Assembly: GCF_000171235.2 (NCBI RefSeq) | Contig: NZ_ABEA03000006.1 | Location: 14,344-38,343, forward strand | Direction of reading: 5' to 3' | DNA: 24,000 nt | Origin: Geminisphaera colitermitum TAV2 | GTDB taxonomy: Bacteria; Verrucomicrobiota; Verrucomicrobiia; Opitutales; Opitutaceae | Shown here: one piece after another, positions 8,790 to 16,112 of the stretch | Layout of the letters: every line of letters begins with the position of its first letter | How positions within the stretch are numbered: the first letter of the stretch is position 1 | Notes under the pieces: generated by a model | Databases searched by the model: none | Seen by the model: the letters and a program-made list of their open reading frames with translations, nothing else | What the model was told of the DNA's origin: nothing | Translations under genes and position numbers: made by a program

Positions 8790-9920
8790 ATGAGTCTTCG
8801 TGACGATCCGCTTGATTGGGTGGCGCTCGACCGGTTGCGCGCCGGGTTTCTCTCCGGACAGGCGGCGGGGCGCGGGCCGTATTGGGAGAGTGAACGCGAT
8901 CTTGAGTCCTACGATGCGACGTATGGGGAGCGCATCGGCTGGAAGTGGGACGCGGTGCTGGCGGAGTTGCGCGAGCGCGGCTGGCGTCCTCCGGCGGGTG
9001 CGGTGTTGCTCGATTGGGGCTGCGGGAGCGGTGTCGCCGGACGCAGGGTGGCGGGGGCGTTTGGCGCGGGGTGTTTTGTCGCGGCGCGCGTGTGGGATCA
9101 TTCGGCGCTGGCGCGGCGTTTCGCGCTGGACCGGTTGCGCAGGGAATTTCCGGGCATCGGCGATGTGGGCGAGTGGACGGGACTGGCTGGCGGCGGGGGG
9201 GGGGGGGGAGGGGATGCGCCGTTGGTGCTGGTGGTGAGCCATGTCATCAATGAGTTGTCCGCTGATGATCGCAGCCGGCTGATCGCCTTGGCCGCGGGGG
9301 CGGCGGCGGTCTTGTGGGTGGAGCCCGGCACGCACGCGGACAGCCGGGCGCTCGCGGCGGTGCGGGACGAATTGTTGGCGGCACCACCGACGGCGACGAC
9401 AGCGAACGGGGCGTGGCGGATTGTGGCGCCCTGCACGCATCGGGAGGGGTGTCCGTTGTTTCAGCAGGCGAACGAACGGCATTGGTGTCATTTTTTTGCG
9501 CCGCCTCCGCGGGGCGTGCAGAACGATTCAGGATGGGTGCGTTTTGGGCAGCGTGCGGGAATTGATCTGCGCAGTTTGCCATATTCGTTTCTGGTCATGG
9601 AGCGTGTGAGCGGTGGGATGGCAGGGACGGAGAAGGCGGAGACGGTGGCGGCGGGAATGGCGAATGGAATTGATGAACAAAATCGTGATGCGACGCGTGT
9701 GTTGGGGCGTCCGGAGGTGTTTAAGGGGTATGCGCGCATGTTGGGGTGCGATGGCGCGGGGTTGACGGAGTTGGAATTGCAGAAGCGCACCGATCCGGCT
9801 TTTTTCAAGGAACTGGAACGTCGGCCCGGCATTCCGTTGTTCCGCTGGAGACATGACGGGCGGCGGATTGCCGAGGTGGAGCGGGTGGTGCGGAGCGGCG
9901 AACAGGGCGGAGAGGTATAA
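8790..9920 (+). CDS. Rsm22-like small-ribosomal-subunit class I SAM methyltransferase
   Basis: LLDWGCGSG motif I, LVVSHVINEL, LWVEPGTHADSRALAAVRDELL, CTHREGCPLF...RHWCHFF (Rsm22 Cys cluster). Confidence 0.82.
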   Translation: MSLRDDPLDWVALDRLRAGFLSGQAAGRGPYWESERDLESYDATYGERIGWKWDAVLAELRERGWRPPAGAVLLDWGCGSGVAGRRVAGAFGAGCFVAARVWDHSALARRFALDRLRREFPGIGDVGEWTGLAGGGGGGGGDAPLVLVVSHVINELSADDRSRLIALAAGAAAVLWVEPGTHADSRALAAVRDELLAAPPTATTANGAWRIVAPCTHREGCPLFQQANERHWCHFFAPPPRGVQNDSGWVRFGQRAGIDLRSLPYSFLVMERVSGGMAGTEKAETVAAGMANGIDEQNRDATRVLGRPEVFKGYARMLGCDGAGLTELELQKRTDPAFFKELERRPGIPLFRWRHDGRRIAEVERVVRSGEQGGEV

Positions 9921-9982
9921 TTGTGGGGAAAATGAGGCTTGCGCTTGGGCGAGCCGCGGCTTTGTTCCGCTTTTCCTCTGAA

Positions 9983-10058
9983 GGCCGATGTAGCTCAGTG
10001 GTAGAGCAGCGGTATCGTAAACCGCTGGTCGTCGGTTCGACTCCGACCATCGGCTCCA
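9983..10058 (+). tRNA. tRNA-Thr(CGT), including encoded CCA; attachment site of the element to its right
   Basis: Cloverleaf: acceptor GCCGATG/CATCGGC, D arm GCTCAGTGGTAGAGC, anticodon arm GCGGT-ATCGTAA-ACCGC (anticodon CGT), T arm GTCGG-TTCGACT-CCGAC, discriminator T + CCA. Confidence 0.95.
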
Positions 10059-11284
10059 GTTTCGCAAAGCGATTCTTTGGGTTTTACGCTCATAATCTCC
10101 TGTAAGAAGCCATTTTGTGAAAGTTCGACTAATGAGGCACAAAGGGTGAGGAATTTTGATGTATCAGCAGTGCGCTCACTCGTGAGTGTGTCTTTCGCTG
10201 CTACATCGACGGGGTCTCCCAGCCACGGAAGTTTGATGATTTCCGAATGCAGGCCGATGGCGGGCATATCGGTGTAGATTTTCGCGGTCAGGTTCGCATC
10301 AGAATGTCCTAGAAACTCCTGCGCCGCCCGTTGGTTGATGCCTGCCCGGACGCCCATCGTCTGGAACGTCTTCCGAAAACTGTGAAAGGCGACGGTGCGG
10401 TTGAGTCCGTCGCGTTTCGGGATGCCGGCCGCTTTGATGTCCCGATCCAGCACGCGGAAATGGGGAAACTCCGGGAAAACTGGAGCGTCCGCCTTCGCAT
10501 CCTGCGGAGCGGCGGCGCGCAGCAATGCCGCCAGCCGGGGGTGCAACGGCAGGGGGCGCTTGGTCATGTCCTTTGTTGTTTCATCACGAACCAGCAAATA
10601 CGGCTGTTCTCCGGTCAGATGCAGGTCTCCCCATACCAGCGCCTGCGCCTCGCCCCTGCGGATGCCTGTATACGCAAGGAACCGATACAGGAGGCTGCGC
10701 GGGCCGCTCACCTCGAACAGGCGGGCGAGTTCTTCCGGGGTGAAAGCGCGGGTGTCGCGGACCTTTTGACCGCGAGTTTCGACATGGGGGACTTTGGCGA
10801 GGGGGTTGCGGGCGATGCGGTCCAGCCTCACCAGCCAGTTAAGGAAAATGCAGATGGATGCCTGATATTCGCGGACGGTTTTTGCCGCCAACTTGAGCGT
10901 GGAACGCCACTTTACAAACTGGTCTGCGCGGATGTCTGAAAGGCGTTTCCAGCCCGTTTCATTGAGGATTTTTTCGATGCAAAGGCGAGTAGTGCGAATA
11001 TGGCGCGGTGTGCGTTTGCGAGCCTGCAAATCGGCAACGAACTCGGTGAGCAAGGTGGTCAGCGGGAGGGCGGCGGTGTCGCGTTCGGTGCGCGGTGCAA
11101 TGATGCCCTCTTGCTCGCGCTGTTTTTCAACGATGATGTCGCGGAGCCGTTTGCGGGCAACGCGAACGTCGGGGGTGCCTAGGGCAACGGTGCGAGGTTT
11201 GTCGCCACGATTGAGGGCATAACGCCCGTAATACAGACGGGCGCGCTTGCCGTTGCGGAGGGGGCGGAAAACGTATTCGGTCAT
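9995..11284 (-). CDS. int: Phage integrase / tyrosine recombinase (tRNA-targeting); ORF 3' end overlaps tRNA-Thr
   Basis: Catalytic motifs YTGIRRGEAQALVWGDL, AFHSFRKTFQTMGVRAG, LGHSDANLTAKIYTD (R...HxxR...H...Y). Confidence 0.92.
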   Translation of the reverse strand: MTEYVFRPLRNGKRARLYYGRYALNRGDKPRTVALGTPDVRVARKRLRDIIVEKQREQEGIIAPRTERDTAALPLTTLLTEFVADLQARKRTPRHIRTTRLCIEKILNETGWKRLSDIRADQFVKWRSTLKLAAKTVREYQASICIFLNWLVRLDRIARNPLAKVPHVETRGQKVRDTRAFTPEELARLFEVSGPRSLLYRFLAYTGIRRGEAQALVWGDLHLTGEQPYLLVRDETTKDMTKRPLPLHPRLAALLRAAAPQDAKADAPVFPEFPHFRVLDRDIKAAGIPKRDGLNRTVAFHSFRKTFQTMGVRAGINQRAAQEFLGHSDANLTAKIYTDMPAIGLHSEIIKLPWLGDPVDVAAKDTLTSERTADTSKFLTLCASLVELSQNGFLQEIMSVKPKESLCETGADGRSRTDDQRFTIPLLYH

Positions 11285-11285
11285 G

Positions 11286-11564
11286 TCAGCGCAGTTTGGT
11301 GAATTTGCCTTTGCTGTTCTCGATCCAGAACATCAAATCTTCCGCCCGGTATTGGTTGGAATTTCCGTGAAAACGGTAGTCACCAAAATCGTCAATCTGG
11401 CGGATGCGAAAGGCGCGGGGCTTGTTGTCGTCTCCTAAACCTTGGTAGTAGTATTTGGACGATTTCTTGATCGTCGCATAAAGGTCGAACGGACCTTTGC
11501 TAAAGCCAACAGGGGCGAGGTTGGCGGTTTCATCAACGGGGGGGAGTTCGGTTTGTGTGCTCAT
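11286..11564 (-). CDS. Hypothetical small protein adjacent to integrase
   Basis: Intact 92-aa ORF abutting int (MSTQTELPPVDETANLAPVGFSKGPFDLYATIKK...); no family recognised. Confidence 0.55.
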   Translation of the reverse strand: MSTQTELPPVDETANLAPVGFSKGPFDLYATIKKSSKYYYQGLGDDNKPRAFRIRQIDDFGDYRFHGNSNQYRAEDLMFWIENSKGKFTKLR

Positions 11565-11675
11565 TGCTTTGGTCGGGTTGTCTGGTCGGTATTTTTTTTT
11601 GGATACATTAAACCTCCCTCGCGCCGGGGCTTTGCCGACCAGAGCAAAGCACGCCGACGCGGGGAGGGTGAGTGG

Positions 11676-11975
11676 TCAGATTTCGCCGGGAGTGGGGGAT
11701 GCTTCGCCGGGTTTGGGGATTTGGGCGGCAACTTCGCCGGTGATGGGAAGGGCACGGCCAACGGGGCGGATTTGCAGGCCATGCACCTGCCAGCCTTGGG
11801 AATTGAGGGCGTTTTCGATGGAAACCATCGCGCTAAACAGTTCGGGCAACGAATGGGCGCGACGGTCGGAAATCGTGAAAAGAGGGATGAAACCACAAGG
11901 GCCAACTTCCTTGAGCACTACGGCAGGCTTTGGAGCCTTCTTGGTGGGTTTGGTTCGGGTAGGCGGGTTAGGCAT
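11676..11975 (-). CDS. Hypothetical small protein
   Basis: 99-aa ORF MPNPPTRTKPTKKAPKPAVVLKEVGPCGFIPLFTISDRRAHSLPELFSAMVSIENALNSQGW..., divergent to the RHH-like gene. Confidence 0.55.
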   Translation of the reverse strand: MPNPPTRTKPTKKAPKPAVVLKEVGPCGFIPLFTISDRRAHSLPELFSAMVSIENALNSQGWQVHGLQIRPVGRALPITGEVAAQIPKPGEASPTPGEI

Positions 11976-12057
11976 AAGAATGCTTTGAGTCTAAACATCC
12001 TTGCCATGTCAACCTTTCTAACAGCGAAAAGATTGATAAACCTGCTATGATTGCTGC

Positions 12058-12363
12058 ATGGGAAAATCTAAAACTGCACAAATGCTTGGGGTTCATCTCG
12101 CTAACGACATTGTCGAAATGATCGAACGTCGTGCGTTGGTAATAGGCGTTACCAAGAGCCGTTTTGCGGCGATGGTATTCGAACACTGGCGGGCGGCAAA
12201 CTACCCGGCTATTTCCACCGTGGACAGCACGGCAAGGGCGATGGTTTTGCAGAGGATGAAAGAGGAAGCGGAAGGCTTCATTTCGGAGTCTGAGGCACAC
12301 GAGGCAAAGACCTCTGGTTCAAGGACGAAGGCTCCCAAGCCAACCAAGAAGAAAGCCGCATGA
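12058..12363 (+). CDS. Ribbon-helix-helix-like small DNA-binding protein (putative regulator)
   Basis: LGVHLANDIVEMIERRALVIGVTKSRFAAMVFEHWRAANYPA resembles an RHH core (strand, helix, turn, helix), followed by a lysine-rich tail. It is the only convincing plus-strand phage ORF. Confidence 0.5.
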   Translation: MGKSKTAQMLGVHLANDIVEMIERRALVIGVTKSRFAAMVFEHWRAANYPAISTVDSTARAMVLQRMKEEAEGFISESEAHEAKTSGSRTKAPKPTKKKAA

Positions 12364-12456
12364 TCCACGTCGATGCGAATCGTTGGCGAGAAGGCGCGGG
12401 CTGCGCGCAAACGCCGCCGCGCTACCGTTGCGGCTTATGCCTGAGTTGCCGTTACG

Positions 12457-12587
12457 CTAACCGGTCGGGTTGACAAGGCGGGGCAGGTGTGCCCTATTAG
12501 GGTCGTCTCCTAGGTCGGAAAGCGGTTAGGCCGTCAAGCTGGAGGGCGAAAGCCATCAGAGCCTCCGAATAGGAGACCCTTTTTTTA
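12457..12587 (+). ncRNA. Candidate structured RNA ending in an intrinsic-terminator-like stem and U-tract
   Basis: GGGCA-ggtg-TGCCC hairpin (12481-12494); long stem AGGGTC(gtc)TCCTA (12499-12512) / TAGGAGACCCT (12570-12580) followed by T7 (12581-12587); internal GGC-GAAA-GCC hairpin (12545-12554); CTAACCG (12457) / CGGTTAG (12523) possible crossing pair. Confidence 0.4.
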
Positions 12588-12591
12588 CCCT

Positions 12592-13098
12592 TCAGTTTTT
12601 ATACATCGTTTGGAAAACGAGTTTTTTCCGCCCCACCCTTACCTCCTCGATTACGGTGGTTACTCCGCTGGCGTCTTTGTAAAGGTATTCGATGGCTTCG
12701 AGGCTCCGGTGCGTTTTCTTCTGCGATTTCCTGACCTTTTGGGCGTTTTTTAGATAGTAGGGGATGCGCAGGATGTCTGCGACTGTGACGGGGAGTTTGT
12801 CTTTCCCATGCTTGTTCAGGGCATGGTTCACTTCATCAATGGCCACGGCATGGGCCTTGTATCCGTTCAGGTTAAGGCCAGTGAGTCCAAATAGTCTTTG
12901 CGCCTCGCTTGGAGTGATCGGCATGTAATCGACAAAATCGTCCTTTTGCCGGGTTGGACGCGGGCCAAGATACCAGCGGCGCAACACGGATTCGGGGCGT
13001 GTCCACCAAAACCAAATGCCGCCGCAAATGGCGGCGGCGAGGGTGGCGAGGGTGGCGAGGATGGCGAGGATGGCGACAATGGGCGCGTGTTTGCTCAT
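12592..13098 (-). CDS. Membrane-anchored phage-Barnase-EndoU-ColicinE5/D-RelE (PBECR/BECR)-like nuclease domain protein
   Basis: N-terminal TM (APIVAILAILATLATLAAAICGGIWFWW), then INHALNKHG-type motif (AIDEVNHALNKHGKDKLPVTVADILRIPYYLKNAQKV...) and C-terminal TTVIEEVRVGRKKLVFQTMYK, the pattern of PBECR nuclease domains in phage polyvalent/MuF proteins. Confidence 0.6.
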   Translation of the reverse strand: MSKHAPIVAILAILATLATLAAAICGGIWFWWTRPESVLRRWYLGPRPTRQKDDFVDYMPITPSEAQRLFGLTGLNLNGYKAHAVAIDEVNHALNKHGKDKLPVTVADILRIPYYLKNAQKVRKSQKKTHRSLEAIEYLYKDASGVTTVIEEVRVGRKKLVFQTMYKN

Positions 13099-13664
13099 GC
13101 GGAAGGGGCGGGTTTTGCGCGAGTGAGGAGGTGCCACGCAATGAAAAACGCCCCTGCCACGGCCACAAGCACGCCCGCAATCCAGAGACCAGCGGGCGAG
13201 GAAAGCAGGTGGCAGACAGCGGCTCCTAGTCCCGCGCAGACAGCCGCAAGCCAATGCGCACGCCAGGCGAGGAGACCGGCCAGCGCGAGGCACGCGAGGG
13301 CGGCGAAGGTGTAAATGAGCACGCGCTTCCCCGTTGCTTGTTCAGCCGGGGAGGGGGGAGTGAAGGCTTGCGGTGCCGTGGCAGTCTCCTTGCGTGTAGT
13401 GAGTTTTACACTACTGTCTTTCGGGAGCTTGGCCGTGAATGTCCCCAGTGTTTCCGAAAACGTGACTTCCGTTCCTGCCGGGAGCGTGAAAGACGCCTCG
13501 CCGGTTTCGGCGGATGCCGTGGCAGGTTTCACCGCATCTCCAGTCTGTGAAACGCGGACGCCCCCGGACCGCGCAACGGCAGACGGAGGCTTGGCTTTGT
13601 GTGCGGTCTGGCAGGCCGGGAAAACCGCAAGGCACGCAAAAAGAACGAAGAAACGGGCGTTCAC
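13095..13664 (-). CDS. Lipoprotein with C-terminal transmembrane helices
   Basis: Signal peptide with lipobox VFPAC; hydrophobic segments VLIYTFAALACLALAGLLAW, WLAAVCAGLGAAVCHLL, LWIAGVLVAVAGAFFIAWHLL; 4-nt ATGA overlap with neighbours. Confidence 0.65.
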   Translation of the reverse strand: MNARFFVLFACLAVFPACQTAHKAKPPSAVARSGGVRVSQTGDAVKPATASAETGEASFTLPAGTEVTFSETLGTFTAKLPKDSSVKLTTRKETATAPQAFTPPSPAEQATGKRVLIYTFAALACLALAGLLAWRAHWLAAVCAGLGAAVCHLLSSPAGLWIAGVLVAVAGAFFIAWHLLTRAKPAPSA

Positions 13665-13906
13665 GGATGCTTTGTCGTTTGGCGAACCAAGTCCGTCAGA
13701 ATCGCACGTAATTCCTCGTTTTCTTCGGCGAGGTTATCACATTCGCGGCGGAGGGCGGCGGTGTATTCAGGGTCAATCGAGTGTGAGTCCGAGAAGGCGT
13801 AATCTTCACGGCTTTCCTGCGTGGAGCATCCCGAAAGGACTAAAAAACCTGTGACGAACAAGGCGAAGCCTCCGATGTAGGTGGCAATGGTTGTGATCGT
13901 TCTCAT
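13661..13906 (-). CDS. Small lipoprotein with charged coiled-coil-like C-terminus (possible spanin-like)
   Basis: MRTITTIATYIGGFALFVTGFLVLSGCST lipobox LSGC; RRECDNLAEENEELRAILTDLVRQ. Confidence 0.6.
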   Translation of the reverse strand: MRTITTIATYIGGFALFVTGFLVLSGCSTQESREDYAFSDSHSIDPEYTAALRRECDNLAEENEELRAILTDLVRQTTKHP

Positions 13907-14079
13907 TGTGTATTGTTTTTTTGGTTACGGATTTCGCGCCATTTTTGGACGCACGAAAGAATCATGAAGGCGGCGGTGGCGAGCCCGGCGAGGATGGACG
14001 CCACCGTTGAAACGTCGGTTAGCGCGAAGTCCACCGACAGGCCAAGCAGGCCGATGCAGAGTTTGTCGGTTGTATTCAT
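13903..14079 (-). CDS. Small holin-like membrane protein
   Basis: MNTTDKLCIGLLGLSVDFALTDVSTVASILAGLATAAFMILSCVQKWREIRNQKNNTQ: 58 aa, 1-2 TM, charged tail, inside ATGA-coupled cassette. Confidence 0.5.
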   Translation of the reverse strand: MNTTDKLCIGLLGLSVDFALTDVSTVASILAGLATAAFMILSCVQKWREIRNQKNNTQ

Positions 14080-14525
14080 TTTTTGGTTTTTGAGAGTTTT
14101 CCAATCAGCCAGAAAGCGATCAAACCGACTGGCAGGACGGCGAGCAGCGTAAGCCATGCGCTGGCACTGGAGGTTTTGCCGGTGAGCACGTAGTTGACGT
14201 AACTTTCGCAATTACGGGTCAACCAATTGAATTTGGGCGGGTTGGAAGCAAACGCGACTGCTCTTGCCTCCATTTCCGGCGTCAGAGCAACCCCTTGATT
14301 TTCCACGAGTTTTCTCCCGTTGAAAAATTGACTTGTGCTTTCTCGCACAAGTCCAGTTCGCCCAAACGAGATTATCGTGTCGCTTGCAAATTGGATGCCA
14401 CTGTGACGAAAAAATGGAACGGTCCGGGCCGTGGCACGGATTACATTTATTCGCTTCGCCTGTGTCGGCAGAGGCGGCAGTCCACACACGGAAACCTCCG
14501 CCTCTTTTGTGTCTGCGTTAGTCAT
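14076..14525 (-). CDS. LRAT / permuted NlpC-P60-like papain-fold protein with C-terminal TM anchor
   Basis: H motif FFRHSGIQFASDTIISFG...GLVRESTSQFFNG and C motif NWLTRNCESYVNYVLTGK, followed by TM WLTLLAVLPVGLIAFWLIGKLSKTKK. Confidence 0.6.
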   Translation of the reverse strand: MTNADTKEAEVSVCGLPPLPTQAKRINVIRATARTVPFFRHSGIQFASDTIISFGRTGLVRESTSQFFNGRKLVENQGVALTPEMEARAVAFASNPPKFNWLTRNCESYVNYVLTGKTSSASAWLTLLAVLPVGLIAFWLIGKLSKTKK

Positions 14526-14935
14526 TTTTTGAGCACTCCTTTTGCTTTGAGTGCGCCGTCGATGTAGGGTTTGAGGAGCGTCAAAACCCAGATGCCGAGG
14601 GCGGCAAAACCGAGGAATTTCAACCAGCCGGGAATGGAGTTCCAAAAACCTTTTCCAACGGTGTCGATTGCGGTGTTGATGCGGCCCGGAAGTTCGCTGG
14701 CGGATTCGGCAAGCGCGGAGGGAATGCGGTCATTGACGGCTTCGCCAACGGTTGCGGAGAGGTCCGCGGTATCCGTGATGGATGCCATTTGTCGCTGAAA
14801 TTCGTCTTCTGAAAGAAGACCGTCCGCCCGTTGACGTTCGAGAATCGCAGCCTGTTCAGCGGCAATTTTCTCCGTGCGTTCCCGCTCTTTTTTACTCGTG
14901 AAGAGCCAGCCTGAAAATGAGTCTAACCATCCCAT
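14522..14935 (-). CDS. Small tail-anchored virion/membrane protein
   Basis: MGWLDSFSGWLFTSKKERER...WLKFLGFAALGIWVLTLLKPYIDG...KK; C-terminal TM, ATGA overlap with the next gene. Confidence 0.55.
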   Translation of the reverse strand: MGWLDSFSGWLFTSKKERERTEKIAAEQAAILERQRADGLLSEDEFQRQMASITDTADLSATVGEAVNDRIPSALAESASELPGRINTAIDTVGKGFWNSIPGWLKFLGFAALGIWVLTLLKPYIDGALKAKGVLKK

Positions 14936-14958
14936 TGTAGTTGTTTCCTGTTTTGTAG

Positions 14959-16086
14959 TTAGTTTACCAATACGCGCCCCCACGAAATGGCCCAGTCAAC
15001 GGTGAGGGCGTTGTCGCTGTCCTTAACCTGCGTCTGGTCGAATTTGATGCGCAGCATGGGCCAGATCGTGTCGTAATAAGACCAGCCGAGGGCCATGCAT
15101 TTGATGTCCGTGCGGTTGCCGTCGTTGAGCGTGAACTCGCTTCGCCAGACGCGACGGTAGGAGCCCGCAACGTAGGGAAGGCGGGTGGCTGTCTTGCGTG
15201 ACTTTGTCCCCCCCAAAGCGAAATTATTGGCGGTGTTTGGGAGCGCGAATGCTTCCTCGCTGTTGCCAAGGAAGGTTTCAAATTCGTATTTATTCGGCGA
15301 AATCTGCGACGGCCAGCCAAGGTTTTCGAGTTGCACCTGTCCGCCGCCACCGGTCCAGAACGGGCCGGGCATGGCAACGGGAGAGAGGGGGGAAAGTGCG
15401 ATGTAGAGGTTGAGCACAACCTTGAGTTGCTGGCCGGGGACAAGTGTAACGCCGCCACCTTCCAGCACGTCGCGGCCAAACAGCGAGTTTGACGACTGGT
15501 AATAGTTCCACGACCAGCCGACTTCATGGAGTGTGACTTGCGTGGTGACGGCGTTGAAAATGAAGGTGCGTTTGCGGACAAGCTGGTTGTCCACGATGTT
15601 AACGGTGTTGTCGTCTCCCCCGGTTCCGTAAACGTCCGTGCGCATGGTTTCGGCGGTGAGGCCGGTTTGGTTGACATACCAGATCGTGCCCTTTGCCGGG
15701 GCCGGGAGTTCACGGGCGATGTCCACGGAGGCCGTCACTGTGTCCGCCACGGCCTGAATGCGCATTTCCTCGCCGGTATCCAGTTTCAAAAGACGCCCGA
15801 CGTCCTCATTGCTGAAAAACGCGGCGCTGGCCTTCACGGTGTTGCCGGTCTGGGTGAACGCGATGTTGCCGGAGTCGCGGCGGGTGGGGGTTGTGCCGGT
15901 GCCGACGACGGCAGCGCGGATTACGTCGTCCCAATGGTAGTTTTCGACAAGCGCGTTGAGGCCGTTGTCGAGGATGAGGTTTTTCTTCCAAGGCTGGCGG
16001 AGTTCTTCCGTGCCGTCCGGGTTTAGAACGGAAATTTTGTAGCGGATGCCGATTTGTTGTTTTGTGCTGGTTGAAATTTTTCTCAT
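14959..16086 (-). CDS. Structural protein, candidate spike/receptor-binding protein
   Basis: 375 aa, beta/Gly/Asn/Thr-rich (YKISVLNPDGTEELRQPWKKNLILDNGLNALVENYHWDDVIRAAVVGTGTTPTRRDSG...) resembling phage adhesin/appendage proteins. Confidence 0.5.
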   Translation of the reverse strand: MRKISTSTKQQIGIRYKISVLNPDGTEELRQPWKKNLILDNGLNALVENYHWDDVIRAAVVGTGTTPTRRDSGNIAFTQTGNTVKASAAFFSNEDVGRLLKLDTGEEMRIQAVADTVTASVDIARELPAPAKGTIWYVNQTGLTAETMRTDVYGTGGDDNTVNIVDNQLVRKRTFIFNAVTTQVTLHEVGWSWNYYQSSNSLFGRDVLEGGGVTLVPGQQLKVVLNLYIALSPLSPVAMPGPFWTGGGGQVQLENLGWPSQISPNKYEFETFLGNSEEAFALPNTANNFALGGTKSRKTATRLPYVAGSYRRVWRSEFTLNDGNRTDIKCMALGWSYYDTIWPMLRIKFDQTQVKDSDNALTVDWAISWGRVLVN

Positions 16087-16112
16087 GGTGCGAATGTGTA
16101 TCTAAAAAATGG

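Noticed and set aside
9528-10142. ORF 9528..10142 (-) containing 'RNWSRWSESNRRPAVYDTAALPLSYIG'
   Set aside because: Typical spurious peptide produced by translating antisense through a tRNA; overlaps rsm22-like CDS, tRNA and int.
12364-12591. CRISPR-like or group I/II intron interpretation of the structured gap
   Set aside because: No regularly spaced direct repeats, no intron core motifs; too short.
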